A stretch of 64,000 bases of DNA, from the NCBI GenBank assembly GCA_024281675.1, contig JAMXAG010000008.1:17737-81736 (forward strand), given 5' to 3'. The notes beneath the pieces are model-generated. The model was not told where the DNA came from, did no database searches, and worked only from the letters and a program-made list of their open reading frames with translations. This stretch comes from Nitrosomonas sp. (GTDB lineage Bacteria > Pseudomonadota > Gammaproteobacteria > Burkholderiales > Nitrosomonadaceae). Position numbers and translations under genes: made by a program. Every line of letters begins with the position of its first letter. Within the stretch, counting starts at the first letter, position 1. Of the stretch, positions 10,025-23,177 are shown in pieces.

Positions 10025-11056
10025 CTATCGCTCGAAAAGTATTGGTGCATCAGCATCCACAGCAAGAATTGTAACGAATTGCAACAATTCATTCCAAATA
10101 TCACCGCCCACAACACCTTTCATCATACGGTCCATTTTGGCAGCATGAAGGATTGCTTGCTGCAGAGATTCGAATTTAAGATGCTTGACTGCATTCATGA
10201 CAGGTTTTTGGCGACTTTTCCACACCCTCTCTGCCTGCAGTAATGGTGCGAGAGGCCGTCCGTTATTCATGCCTTTTCGAAGATTGATTAATTGGCGAAT
10301 TTGTTCGGTTAACACAGTTAATATCAAGAGCGGTGCCGTACCCTCGCTTTCTAATCCACTTAAAATGCGAGCAAAACGCCCCCGATCCAAAGTAATCAGC
10401 GCATCTGCCAACTGGTAGACATCATAGCGTGCCATATTGAAAATAACCGCACGGATTTGATCTAAAGACAAGTGCCCAGCAGGATAAACAAGTGCTAGTT
10501 TTTGTATTTCTTGATGTGCCGCCAGTAGATTGCCTTCAACTTGATCTGCTACAAACCCAAGCGCTGCGCTATCAGTTCTTTGTTGTTGCCGCTCAAGGCG
10601 CTTTGCAATCCATTCCGGTAATTGTTCGCGCTCGACCGCATAGACCGGAATGGCAACACCTCTATTTTCGAGTGCTTTGAACCACAGTGCATTTTGTGCA
10701 GCTTTATCGATTTTCGGCAGTGTCATCAGTGTTAGCGTATCGGGTGGAATGTCAGCACAATAAGCCTCAATCATGCCCCCCCCCTCTTTGCCTGGTTTTC
10801 CTGATGGGATACGGATATCGATGATTCTACGCGAACCAAATAACGATAAGTTATTGCTGGCATTGCGTAGATTCAGCCAGTTAAAATGCTGCTCGACTGT
10901 ATAGATTTCTCGTTCTGTATAACCGAGCTGTTGTGCGCGGGACAGAATTAAATCCATCGCTTCAGTCATCAACAGGATTTCATCGCCAAACAACACATAT
11001 AGCGGAGCCATTGTTTTTTGCAAATGACTGGCAAGTTGCTCCAATGGTATTCGCAT
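10025..11056 (-). CDS. holA: DNA polymerase III subunit delta
   Basis: PLYVLFGDE, NLSLFGSRRII, EGNLLAAHQEIQKL; holA-lptE-leuS synteny. Confidence 0.93.
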   Translation of the reverse strand: MRIPLEQLASHLQKTMAPLYVLFGDEILLMTEAMDLILSRAQQLGYTEREIYTVEQHFNWLNLRNASNNLSLFGSRRIIDIRIPSGKPGKEGGGMIEAYCADIPPDTLTLMTLPKIDKAAQNALWFKALENRGVAIPVYAVEREQLPEWIAKRLERQQQRTDSAALGFVADQVEGNLLAAHQEIQKLALVYPAGHLSLDQIRAVIFNMARYDVYQLADALITLDRGRFARILSGLESEGTAPLLILTVLTEQIRQLINLRKGMNNGRPLAPLLQAERVWKSRQKPVMNAVKHLKFESLQQAILHAAKMDRMMKGVVGGDIWNELLQFVTILAVDADAPILFER

Positions 11057-11108
11057 CGTTACGAATAAAATCCTATAGAAAAGAAATCAGTCAATCATCC
11101 CTTCCATT

Positions 11109-11651
11109 TTAAGAAGCCGGCTTTTCAGGGTCTGGTTTATAAGTAGACAAACGCCACAGTATTTGTTGGATGGCATCTGCTTGCATGTCTCTCACCAACA
11201 ATTTCTCTTCCGCGTCTTTGGCTAGAATCTGTTCATCCAAGAACGGTAAAATACGTGCCAATAAAATTTCCGTCGGTGGAATAATTTCAACTCTTTGTTG
11301 ATTGACTACACGATAATTGACGCGATATACCACATTAAAATCCCGCACGCGACCACCTCCCGAGAGTGACAAAATAGCTTTCTCACTGATGGCACTGATG
11401 ATTTCGATCATTGCATCAGCATCATCGGGTTCCATCACTACTTTGGTGGTTGGTGTTGTACGTATCGCCCGTTCCAAATGAACGCCAAAAATTTGTCCAG
11501 GTCCATCCGGCGCCAAAACATACAGTGATTTGAACGGCAAGGATACTGCTTGCCCACGCAATTTAAAACCGCACGCGGTCAAAGCGAATACAGCAATCAG
11601 CAGTATCGAAATGAAAGCTGCATGTTGCTGAAAATCATATTTTCTACCCAT
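11109..11651 (-). CDS. lptE: LPS assembly lipoprotein LptE
   Basis: Lipobox LTACGFKLRG; located between leuS and holA. Confidence 0.9.
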   Translation of the reverse strand: MGRKYDFQQHAAFISILLIAVFALTACGFKLRGQAVSLPFKSLYVLAPDGPGQIFGVHLERAIRTTPTTKVVMEPDDADAMIEIISAISEKAILSLSGGGRVRDFNVVYRVNYRVVNQQRVEIIPPTEILLARILPFLDEQILAKDAEEKLLVRDMQADAIQQILWRLSTYKPDPEKPAS

Positions 11652-11695
11652 AGTACACCTTAGCGAAATCAATAAGTGAGGCGATTAAGAAACTG

Positions 11696-14320
<2,625 letters not shown>

Positions 14321-14396
14321 TTAGTGAAAAATGCATTATAGCGTCAACTGTGCTGGCAGATCACATCACTCCATCTACCACGGATGGATATACTGC

Positions 14397-14603
14397 CTAA
14401 TCGAGGCGAAAACCTATTTTGATTTTCACTTGAAAATGCGCCACTTTGGCATCCACAATATGGCCACGCGTTTCTACTACCTCAAACCAATCCAAATTGC
14501 GTAAACTTTTACCGGACTTAGCGACCGCTTGTCGAATGGCGTCATCACTGCTCACAGTAGAAGAACCCACCACTTCGATGATTTTGTATATATGCTCGCT
14601 CAT
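14397..14603 (-). CDS. Dodecin (flavin-binding)
   Basis: MSEHIYKIIEVVGSS...LDWFEVVETRGHI...HFQVKIKIGFRLD, 68 aa. Confidence 0.9.
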   Translation of the reverse strand: MSEHIYKIIEVVGSSTVSSDDAIRQAVAKSGKSLRNLDWFEVVETRGHIVDAKVAHFQVKIKIGFRLD

Positions 14604-14789
14604 AATGAAACACCCCTTTACTTTATTGGAAAGAACAATGTTTATATCATAGTTTACATAGGTATTGATTTGAGAACCCTGAAATGCCATATTGATCCCT
14701 ATGATCATCGCACTTACCAGTGCGTAAAGTATCGTTCCAAGTAATGTAATGAATGTGTCACCCTTTGATCCCTATAGGAAACTTTGATT

Positions 14790-15578
14790 ATGATTATTAA
14801 GCATAAAATATTATTTATTCTACTGATGATGGTAATGCTTGCGGGTTGCTCGACTACTCCCACTGGAAGAAGTCAGCTTGCATTTATGCCCGACGCCGAA
14901 TTGGATGCAATGGGCTTGCAAGCATTCGATGATCTAAAAAAAGAAAAACCGATCAGTAACAATGCAAAAGAAAACAAATTTGTACGTTGTATCGCCGATG
15001 TATTGACGCGTGAAGTCGGTGGAAAATGGGAAGTTGTGGTATTCGAAGACCCATCATTGAATGCTTTTGCGTTACCCGGCAGCAAAATCGGTGTCCATAC
15101 CGGCTTAGTCGATTTGGTGGATAACCAACACCAACTAGCTTCTGTGATCGGCCATGAAATCGGCCACGTACTTGCGCGGCACAGCAATGAACGTATGTCA
15201 CAACAAATGGGCACAAAAATCGGTATGACCGTAGCTTCCATATTAGCGCCTCAAACAGCAACGGGACAAGCTGCCTTAGGGCTGTTGGGTGTAGGCGCAC
15301 AGTATGGTGTGATTATGCCGTTCAGTCGCTTGCATGAAAGTGAAGCTGATGTTATCGGATTGGATCTAATGGCAAAAGCAGGCTTCAATCCAACAGAAAG
15401 CATCACACTCTGGCAAAAGATGTCGCAAGCCAGCCAAGGATCGCGGCCCGCAGAGTTTTTGTCAACACACCCATCGCATGAAACTCGCATCGACGAATTA
15501 CGTGAACATATGCCTAAAAGTATGGAACTCATGCGCCAAGCGCATGCTATCGGTAAGAAACCGGATTGCCAAAAATAG
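14790..15578 (+). CDS. M48 family zinc metallopeptidase lipoprotein
   Basis: Lipobox LAGC; NAFALPG, HEIGH (HExxH), ESEADVIG, STHPS. Confidence 0.9.
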   Translation: MIIKHKILFILLMMVMLAGCSTTPTGRSQLAFMPDAELDAMGLQAFDDLKKEKPISNNAKENKFVRCIADVLTREVGGKWEVVVFEDPSLNAFALPGSKIGVHTGLVDLVDNQHQLASVIGHEIGHVLARHSNERMSQQMGTKIGMTVASILAPQTATGQAALGLLGVGAQYGVIMPFSRLHESEADVIGLDLMAKAGFNPTESITLWQKMSQASQGSRPAEFLSTHPSHETRIDELREHMPKSMELMRQAHAIGKKPDCQK

Positions 15579-15593
15579 CGTGCTTTAACACAA

Positions 15594-15977
15594 TCATTTT
15601 GGTTCAGGCTCATTGGCCGGAAAATCCAGTTCAATTTTTGCACCGTCCGGATCATGGAAGAACAATTGCCATATTTCCAAACCTTTCAGACGGTGCAGAT
15701 CATACGCAATACCGCGCTGTTTCAATACATCAACCGTTTGTTGCAGATGGTTTGCACTAAAAGCCATATGATCAATTACGCCGGCAGGTTTTTCCGGCAT
15801 AGGTTTACCCGCCATGATGTGCAAAATGGCTTGACCACCTGCATACAGCCATGCCCCTGGGAAAGAAAAATCTGGTCGGCTGCCTTCTGTCAGGCCGAGT
15901 ATTTCCACGTAAAAATTTTTACTTCGATTTAAATCACTACTCAATACGGTAAAGTGATTCATACCTTGGATCGCCAT
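15594..15977 (-). CDS. VOC/glyoxalase family protein
   Basis: MNHFTV...FYVEILGL...GAWLYAG...DHMAF...QLFFHDPDGAKIEL. Confidence 0.85.
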   Translation of the reverse strand: MAIQGMNHFTVLSSDLNRSKNFYVEILGLTEGSRPDFSFPGAWLYAGGQAILHIMAGKPMPEKPAGVIDHMAFSANHLQQTVDVLKQRGIAYDLHRLKGLEIWQLFFHDPDGAKIELDFPANEPEPK

Positions 15978-16136
15978 AGTATTTTTCCTGCCTTTAATAA
16001 GTTGGTACATCATTTCACACGCATTTCGCACTTACTTTATTTTCCTTGCTTATAGTTAAAATAGTTTGTTTTTCACTGTCTTATCCAATCTTTCCTGAAT
16101 TAAAACCATTTTACAATATTGACTGCTAATAAATAA

Positions 16137-16644
16137 CCCCGTGGCAAGACCACGGGGTATTAGAAAAGCTCGAGTTGACGCAGATCTTCTTTTGGTTTGC
16201 CTTGATTCTTTACATACCGCTCAACTACACCCCAATCTGCCCTTTCTCCGACAGTTGCAACATAATAACCATCCGTCCAAAACTCACCACCCCACAGATC
16301 TCGTTTCAAATCCGGCTTCTTCTTAAACAATTCCCGCGCTGTTATGCTTTTGAATACCCTGACAATCTGACCCGGTGCAATTTTAGGATGGGCCGTACAA
16401 AGTATATGTACGTGGTCTTTGTCGCAACCTATCTGCTCAAACTCGATGTCGTATCGCTCTTCTATCTCTTTTGCTGTCAGCATGATGATTTTTACAACCG
16501 CATCGTCTAACAATCCCCGCCTGTATTTCACAGGAAATACAACGTGATAATGTATCTGCCACGCACAGTGGCTCGCCTTCTCTACGACATTTCGCATCCC
16601 AACATTCTAAAGCCTAATTAGATCCCCGTGGCAAGACCACGGGG
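16137..16644 (-). mobile_element. IS200/IS605-family element (tnpA only), bounded by subterminal hairpins
   Basis: Identical hairpins ccccgtggcaagaccacgggg at 16137-16157 and 16624-16644 flank tnpA; true ends lie slightly outside the hairpins. Confidence 0.88.
16160..16597 (-). CDS. tnpA: IS200/IS605 Y1 (HUH) transposase TnpA
   Basis: YHVVFPVKYRR, DHVHIL (HUH), FWTDGYYVATVG, VERYVKNQ (catalytic Tyr). Confidence 0.93.
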   Translation of the reverse strand: MRNVVEKASHCAWQIHYHVVFPVKYRRGLLDDAVVKIIMLTAKEIEERYDIEFEQIGCDKDHVHILCTAHPKIAPGQIVRVFKSITARELFKKKPDLKRDLWGGEFWTDGYYVATVGERADWGVVERYVKNQGKPKEDLRQLELF

Positions 16645-16773
16645 AATCGCAAGTTGATATTAACAAGCCTTTCTATGCCCAGCGGTTAATTGGTAATGCC
16701 TACTCTTGACTAGGTGCATTGATCTTATCAACAGAGCTATGTTTTAAATATAGGCAAAAAAGGAGCATTGTTT

Positions 16774-17280
16774 ATGTTGCAACAATCTGCGTGTGTAGCG
16801 GCCGAATCATTCGATGAAACCATAGGAAGCTCAGCATCTGGAGAATTTTTAACCCTCCGGTTAGGTGCTGAAGAATATGGTATCGATATACTCAAAGTGC
16901 AAGAAATTCGTGGCTATGATGCCATTACCCAAATAGCCAATGCTCCAGAGTTTATCAAAGGTGTTGTCAATTTACGTGGCGCGATCGTACCGATTGTTGA
17001 TATGCGCATTAAGTTCCGTTTAGGTAATCCAACATACGATCAGTTTACCGTCGTAATCATTCTCAATCTAGGTATCAGGATAGTTGGCATTGTGGTAGAT
17101 AGCGTCTCCGACGTACTCAGTTTGACCGATGAGCAAATACGCCCTACTCCAGAATTAGGCTCAGTCATCGATACGGAATTCATCTCTGGTTTAGGAACCA
17201 TTGATGAACGCATGTTGATCCTGATCGATATAGAAAAATTAATGAATAGTACCAGCATGGGGCTATTGGAAGAATGCTGA
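16774..17280 (+). CDS. cheW: Chemotaxis adaptor CheW
   Basis: [39 protein letters not shown]; AGGAG RBS. Confidence 0.95.
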   Translation: MLQQSACVAAESFDETIGSSASGEFLTLRLGAEEYGIDILKVQEIRGYDAITQIANAPEFIKGVVNLRGAIVPIVDMRIKFRLGNPTYDQFTVVIILNLGIRIVGIVVDSVSDVLSLTDEQIRPTPELGSVIDTEFISGLGTIDERMLILIDIEKLMNSTSMGLLEEC

Positions 17281-17350
17281 TTGACAGCTATTTTGGTGTA
17301 TTGGGTAGGAATTAAATGATGAGCAATCAGACAATATTGAGGAGAATGTT

Positions 17351-19072
17351 ATGTTTACAAAGACAACGATAAAGTTTCGCTTAAATTTTGTTTTGGGAAT
17401 TTTAGTAACGCTGATGATTGTAATTGGGATATTAGGATTGTATGGTTTGAATGAAACCAATCATGCCGTGAAAAGAATTTATGATGACCGTCTAGTAACT
17501 TCGCAGCAATTGGGAAAAATTCTTGATACCTGGTATCAAATCCGCAAACTGACGGAAGACAGCGTTGATATGAACGAGATTGAAAATGCCCGAAGAAATT
17601 TGGGCACAGCGAATAACTTGGTCAGGCAAAACGAAAGCGTATGGGCAGAGTATTTGAAAACCCAATTAACACCCGAGGAAGCCGTACTCTCTAAAACGAA
17701 AGGAAATCAACATGTGCAATACGTGGAATCCTTTAACCGCAGCTTGCAACTGGCCACTACAGGAAATTTTGTAGATGCCAAACAAAATTTCCTGAACGAT
17801 ACCATACCTAAATTTGATGCACTGCGAAATACCGTTTTTGCATTACTGGACTTGCAAGGAACAGTAGCGTCGGAAGAACTAGTCGCATCACAAAATAACT
17901 TCAATACCCTATTCATGGTGCTCGTGTCTGTCATGATCATGAGCGTTGTACTGGCGATCATTTTTGGCATAACGCTATTAAAATCGATTGTGGGTCCTTT
18001 AGATGAAGCAATCGCTATCGCGCATAAAGTCGCACAAGGGGATTTGACTTCCAACATCGTGGCATCCGACACCAAAACAGAGACGGGGTTGTTACTGCAG
18101 ACTTTAAAAATAATGAACGATAACTTGGTCAATTTGGTCGGCCAAGTGCGCATAAGCACCGATCAAATTTCCACTGCATCGGGCGAAATTGCATCTGGCA
18201 ACTCCGATTTGAGTCAACGTACCGAAGAACAAGCCTCGAGTTTGGAAGAAACCGCTTCATCGATGGAAGAATTGACTTCGACGGTAAAACAAAATGCCGA
18301 TAATGCAAGCCAAGCCAATCAATTGGCAGCCAGTGCATCGGAAGTTGCTATAAAAGGTGGTGAGGTAGTTGGTCAGGTAGTACAAACCATGAGTTCCATC
18401 AATGAAAGTTCCAAGAAAATTGTTGACATTATTAGCGTCATTGATGGAATTGCCTTTCAAACCAATATCTTAGCACTGAATGCAGCAGTTGAAGCAGCGC
18501 GCGCCGGCGAGCAAGGTCGTGGCTTTGCGGTGGTTGCAACTGAAGTCCGCACATTGGCACAACGATCTGCCGCTGCAGCCAAAGAAATCAAGGAATTAAT
18601 CAATGATTCAGTCACTAAGGTTGATGAAGGCACGCGCTTGGTGGATGAAGCTGGACATACAATGGAACAAATCGTCACTTCCGTGAAGCGCGTGACGGAT
18701 ATCATGAGTGAAATCACTGCAGCATCTCACGAACAAAGTACCGGCATTGAGCAAGTCAACCAAGCTGTTACGCAAATGGACGAAACGACGCAGCAAAACG
18801 CGGCATTGGTTGAAGAAGCAGCCGCTGCAGCAGAATCAATGCAAGACCAAACCAGAGCATTAATGCAAGCAGTGAGTGTATTCAGACTTGCTAATGGCCG
18901 GGCACCTTCAGTATCGGTAAAAAAGAGCAATCGCTCCAACACCTCGGCCACAGTCACCAAAATGCAAAACCGCCAACCTACCGAAATGAAGGCTGCAGCG
19001 AATTTCGACAAACCAGTATCGGCACCTCGTAAAGCTGCCGCAAGTGGTGGGGAAGATTGGGAAGAATTTTAA
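17351..19072 (+). CDS. Methyl-accepting chemotaxis protein (Tar-type sensor, HAMP)
   Basis: Two TM segments, HAMP, IAFQTNILALNAAVEAARAGEQGRGFAVVA; C-terminal pentapeptide DWEEF. Confidence 0.95.
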   Translation: MFTKTTIKFRLNFVLGILVTLMIVIGILGLYGLNETNHAVKRIYDDRLVTSQQLGKILDTWYQIRKLTEDSVDMNEIENARRNLGTANNLVRQNESVWAEYLKTQLTPEEAVLSKTKGNQHVQYVESFNRSLQLATTGNFVDAKQNFLNDTIPKFDALRNTVFALLDLQGTVASEELVASQNNFNTLFMVLVSVMIMSVVLAIIFGITLLKSIVGPLDEAIAIAHKVAQGDLTSNIVASDTKTETGLLLQTLKIMNDNLVNLVGQVRISTDQISTASGEIASGNSDLSQRTEEQASSLEETASSMEELTSTVKQNADNASQANQLAASASEVAIKGGEVVGQVVQTMSSINESSKKIVDIISVIDGIAFQTNILALNAAVEAARAGEQGRGFAVVATEVRTLAQRSAAAAKEIKELINDSVTKVDEGTRLVDEAGHTMEQIVTSVKRVTDIMSEITAASHEQSTGIEQVNQAVTQMDETTQQNAALVEEAAAAAESMQDQTRALMQAVSVFRLANGRAPSVSVKKSNRSNTSATVTKMQNRQPTEMKAAANFDKPVSAPRKAAASGGEDWEEF

Positions 19073-19093
19073 TCCTAGCACTAGGTATACTCG

Positions 19094-19150
19094 CTCAAAT
19101 CTGAGCTGACAGTTGCCCATTTTTTAGCGGCCTGTCAGATTAGATTTGAG
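19094..19150. terminator. Imperfect long hairpin between convergent genes
   Basis: ctcaaatct...ctgacag / ctgtcag...agatttgag. Confidence 0.35.
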
Positions 19151-19276
19151 TTATTTTTTTACCCGAATCGTTTTGTAGAATCGTTCAGAGATTCGGTCTT
19201 TTTGCAGACCTGTGGTTATGTCAGCATCAGAATCCCTTATGCAACTCAAGACAGCATCACGGCTATCATGACGCGA

Positions 19277-20275
19277 TCAATCATCACTTTCTCGGGTGCG
19301 TTCTTGTCGTGGAGAAAGCGTATTACTCCCAGTAGCAAAATGTGTTTTGCTGAAAAGTACCCGCTGACCCGGAGTTGCGTCTATCGATTCAAACGATTCT
19401 ACTAATGCGACACGAGGCGCAAGCCCAGCAAAATTGGCCACTTGAATCGACAGCCCTGGGCGCGCATTGAGTTCAATAATCATAGGGCCTTTATCCCGAT
19501 CAAGTACGAGATCAGCGCCAAGATATCCTAATCCAGTCATCTCATAACAAGCAGCAGCGAGTTGTAATAACTTATCCCAATGCGGTATGACTAATTCCGA
19601 GAAAGTTTTCTGCGTATCAGGGTGATGAAGCACTGTTTTACCAAACTGCACCGCATGTAATGCACTACCTGTTCCAATATCAATCCCAACGCCCACAGCG
19701 CCTTGGTGCAAGTTGGCTTTACCGTCAGAAGCATGCGTAGTCAGCCGCAGCATTGCCATGATTGGATAACCCCTGAATACAATAATCCTAATGTCAGGGA
19801 TGCCCTCATAGCTGTAATCAGCAAAAACCGGGTCCAATTGAATCAACGATTCGATCATGACGGTATCGGTCTTTCCTCCTAAACTATGCAACCCGCTGAT
19901 GATGTTTGAAACATGGCGTTTGATATCGACCAACTGGAGCGTCTCACCGCTCGGTTTAAAGTAGTGCCGATGCTCATCATGCTTGACGATTACTAGAATC
20001 CCCTTCCCTCCACTTCCTTTAGCAGGTTTAATGACAAACTGTTCATGCGGTTGAAGAATTTCCCCCAATAACTTCACGTCATGCTGAAATTCAACAGTGC
20101 CTAATAAAGTTGGAACAGTAATCCCGGCTTTTTGTGCAAGTAACTTGGTTTTCAGCTTATCATCTACCAGAGGATAGAGATGGCGTGGATTATAGCGAGA
20201 GATCAAACCAAAATTCCTCTGGTTCATCCCGATGATACCCATACTGCGCAGTTTCTTAGCGCTGGTGAGTAACAT
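19277..20275 (-). CDS. Alpha-L-glutamate ligase-like ATP-grasp protein (RimK-related)
   Basis: DDKLKTK, FVIKPAKGSGGKGI, DIRIIV, KANLHQGAVG, IELNARPGL; longest ORF extends to 20344. Confidence 0.88.
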   Translation of the reverse strand: MLLTSAKKLRSMGIIGMNQRNFGLISRYNPRHLYPLVDDKLKTKLLAQKAGITVPTLLGTVEFQHDVKLLGEILQPHEQFVIKPAKGSGGKGILVIVKHDEHRHYFKPSGETLQLVDIKRHVSNIISGLHSLGGKTDTVMIESLIQLDPVFADYSYEGIPDIRIIVFRGYPIMAMLRLTTHASDGKANLHQGAVGVGIDIGTGSALHAVQFGKTVLHHPDTQKTFSELVIPHWDKLLQLAAACYEMTGLGYLGADLVLDRDKGPMIIELNARPGLSIQVANFAGLAPRVALVESFESIDATPGQRVLFSKTHFATGSNTLSPRQERTRESDD

Positions 20276-21806
20276 TGCGCCTTTCCAAAGAATGAAAACG
20301 ATACAATTCCGACAAACGGTAACCGGTATACTGCCCGAGTACAAGGATGAGCGCCAAGTTGACTAACATCAATTCAGGAAAATTAAATGTGAGATACTCA
20401 ATCGTTCGGTTTGTCATAAAAAGGTAGGCAATAATGGCGGTTAATAAGCTGCCACCACCTTGAATCAATACTTCGCGTGGCCCATCTTCTTCCCATAACA
20501 CAGACATCCTTTCAATGGTCCAGGAAAGAATGATCATCGGGAAAAAAGTCACCGTCATGGCTTGATCGATGCCAAATTTGTTACTGACGATGCTAATGCC
20601 GGCCATAATGATAATGACAACAATAATCACCGCGGATATACGCGCGACAAAGAGTAAATTTAAGCGCGATAAATAGGAGCGAATGAGTAATCCAGTACTG
20701 ACCACCAACAGAAAAATAATAATACCGCTGATGAGTGTTGTTTGTATCAAAGCCAATGCAATCAGAATCGGCATAAAAGTACCCGACGTTCTGATGCCGA
20801 TCAATAACCGCATTATCACCACGATCAACGCACCAATAGGCAGCAGCAAAATCACCTTGAATGCATTTTGTTGCTCAATCGGTAAACTGTAAATGGAAAA
20901 GTCCATCAATGTGGCTTGTTTACTCAAATTATCCTTTACCGCTAGATTGCGGGTCGAATGCACATTTTTGATGATCGAAAAAGAAATTTGCGAATCCTTT
21001 CCACCGACAACATCGAGAAGCGATTCATCACCACGCTGCCATACCAAAAAGTTTTTCGGTTTGCCGGTTTTCCCAGTGGTTTGATTAAACAATAACCATT
21101 CATTGCCTATATAGACTTCCACAAAATTGCTTAACGATTGCCTGCGGCGATTATTTTGCAAATAGAGGCCGCGTACAATACGGGCACTGATACCTTCTAG
21201 CGCCAGTAAATCAATAATAAGCTGGGTCTTATAGTCCTCAGTAGCTTGTTCTTTTAGCAATAAATTCTGATTTTGATTCGGAGTATTGGAATTGAGTGTA
21301 ACGATTAACTCACGAACCAATATTTCGGTATTGGCTGATTTGTTGCGCACTTGCTCCAATAAAGTAGTGGCAGCCGTTTTGTGCAGTTCATCAAATTCGG
21401 GTTTTTCAGGCTCTGGCGGCAAATCACTTGCTTGCTGGGATGCAACATTATGATCAGCTTCATACATACTCAAACGATAGTAGGCTGTTTGCGGACCGGA
21501 AGCTGTTCTCTTACTCCATTGCGCACGCCTTCCCGCTGTAGAAGGCAGTTCACTAAATCCGTAATCCGGTGAAGCGAATTCTTCTTGGGTAAAAATGATA
21601 TCGGGCGTTTGCGGTGGAAGTGCAAAAGAAACAATCACGGGATCGCCGCGTGCGGTAAAGTCGACTTTAGCTTCGACCGTCCAAACGGATTTTTTATGAT
21701 CGGGTAATAAAGGAAATCCCAATACATAGTGCTTGTATAAAATCAAACCGATACCCAGGCCCATCAACAGAATAACTAAAATATAGAGCCGCAGCTTCGC
21801 GTTCAT
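20256..21806 (-). CDS. Inactive transglutaminase fused to a 7TM domain
   Basis: N-terminal TM, WTVEAKVDF, LALEGISARIVRGL, multi-TM C-terminus with GTFMPILIALA and FFPMIILSWTIER; canonical neighbour of the ATP-grasp ligase. Confidence 0.85.
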   Translation of the reverse strand: MNAKLRLYILVILLMGLGIGLILYKHYVLGFPLLPDHKKSVWTVEAKVDFTARGDPVIVSFALPPQTPDIIFTQEEFASPDYGFSELPSTAGRRAQWSKRTASGPQTAYYRLSMYEADHNVASQQASDLPPEPEKPEFDELHKTAATTLLEQVRNKSANTEILVRELIVTLNSNTPNQNQNLLLKEQATEDYKTQLIIDLLALEGISARIVRGLYLQNNRRRQSLSNFVEVYIGNEWLLFNQTTGKTGKPKNFLVWQRGDESLLDVVGGKDSQISFSIIKNVHSTRNLAVKDNLSKQATLMDFSIYSLPIEQQNAFKVILLLPIGALIVVIMRLLIGIRTSGTFMPILIALALIQTTLISGIIIFLLVVSTGLLIRSYLSRLNLLFVARISAVIIVVIIIMAGISIVSNKFGIDQAMTVTFFPMIILSWTIERMSVLWEEDGPREVLIQGGGSLLTAIIAYLFMTNRTIEYLTFNFPELMLVNLALILVLGQYTGYRLSELYRFHSLERRNVTHQR

Positions 21807-22546
21807 TGTTTAGTGGTATCAACTGGAGGCATAATGCCATCGACTTTCGTCATATACCGTTGACTGACATCGACAATCGCAAGGTCACGTAATAGATTAC
21901 GTCCAATCAACACTTGGTGTTTGAATTTACTGCGATTTTCCAAAGTAAAATCGATTAATTCATTGATGCTGCCTAATGTAACGCGCATTCTTACCACTGG
22001 ACGTTGTTGTGCTTCTCGGTCGCCGCGTTCTTTGATTTTTACATGGCGGCGCAAGCGCCGAGTAATTTCCATCATTTCACCTGTCTGTGGGTTTTTCAAC
22101 GTAAATCTCACATAAGGTTTACCGTCACGTTCAAATTCCATGAGTGTCATGGCATTTAAAGAAGATGTGCGAGCACCCGTGTCAATTCGTGCACTGAATT
22201 CGAGTCCCGGGGGATCCAAATAAACATATTCCAAACTTCCGAATACGATTTTATTTTTAATCTGTTGCGACCCTGCATCTGTTTTGGTGAAGAATGTGCT
22301 ATTGGCTGCCGACAAACAATCAGACTGTTGTGAGTCCGGTTTTTTCTCGGACTTATCGGAATGCGTCGATGCATGCTGATCTTCTAGCGACTTTTTTTGT
22401 GCCACCAGTTCAGCAAATAAAGTCACCAATTCAGATTCTCTGGCATTAACATAAGCTTCGCGTTCCACTAATCTATCCTCTCGAGCGCTATCATTACAAG
22501 CTGATAGCAATGGCAATACGCAACACACAGTCAACAAGCGAATCAT
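21803..22546 (-). CDS. Retropepsin-like ('ATP-dependent zinc protease'/RimB-like) lipoprotein
   Basis: Lipobox LLSAC; ARIDTGARTSSL, RPVV, LIGRNLL; longest ORF extends to 22660. Confidence 0.85.
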   Translation of the reverse strand: MIRLLTVCCVLPLLSACNDSAREDRLVEREAYVNARESELVTLFAELVAQKKSLEDQHASTHSDKSEKKPDSQQSDCLSAANSTFFTKTDAGSQQIKNKIVFGSLEYVYLDPPGLEFSARIDTGARTSSLNAMTLMEFERDGKPYVRFTLKNPQTGEMMEITRRLRRHVKIKERGDREAQQRPVVRMRVTLGSINELIDFTLENRSKFKHQVLIGRNLLRDLAIVDVSQRYMTKVDGIMPPVDTTKQ

Positions 22547-22708
22547 GTTAGGTCGAGTACGATAGATAATCATCATACGCATAAAAATTAAATTTGTTAC
22601 AACGGGAGCCAACCAAAATGTTAATAAATTTGCTAAAAGCAGCACTCGATCTGTGATCATGGATTGATTTTTTGTTTGACGAAGCTAGCTATGGAGATTG
22701 CCGGGATA

Positions 22709-23116
22709 CTATGGCTTCGTTAATTGAATCAGCACAGTAGTATTTTTATAGGTACAAGCATAACGATGAATTTCCAAGCATTGTGATGTAATCGTAAGTT
22801 GATAGGTTCCTGGTGCCTCATGTTGCGTATCAAACTTGAATTCAAATTGACCCTGCGGATTACTTGGATAAGATTGATCCACGACGACATGACCGTCTGG
22901 ACGCAGCAATTTAAAACTCAACAGCACATCTGGCACGGGTTTTTCCTGGTACTCCACCCAGCCTTGCACAACAATGGTATCGCCAGCAGTATATTGGTTT
23001 TGTAAATTTTCGACGATCGGTTGAGAAATATGCGTTGCCCATCCCTGATTCGCAAATCCAAATAATAGGATCAGTAATATAAATCCAGCACAGTATGTAT
23101 TTTTCCAAAGCATCAT
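22709..23116 (-). CDS. Hypothetical secreted Ig-like protein
   Basis: Signal peptide; YTAGDTIVVQG...SNPQGQF...PGTYQLTI pattern. Confidence 0.55.
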   Translation of the reverse strand: MMLWKNTYCAGFILLILLFGFANQGWATHISQPIVENLQNQYTAGDTIVVQGWVEYQEKPVPDVLLSFKLLRPDGHVVVDQSYPSNPQGQFEFKFDTQHEAPGTYQLTITSQCLEIHRYACTYKNTTVLIQLTKP

Positions 23117-23177
23117 GATGATGGAGTAATAATTATTGAATAACTTGTGAGTATTTGAAGCATATGAGAGAACGGTA

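Noticed and set aside
16719-16731. FNR-like box upstream of cheW
   Set aside because: TTGAT-N3-ATCAA has the wrong spacing (N4 expected)
16644-16770. tnpB or an omega-RNA associated with the IS200
   Set aside because: No ORF or space between the hairpins for TnpB; the element is tnpA-only
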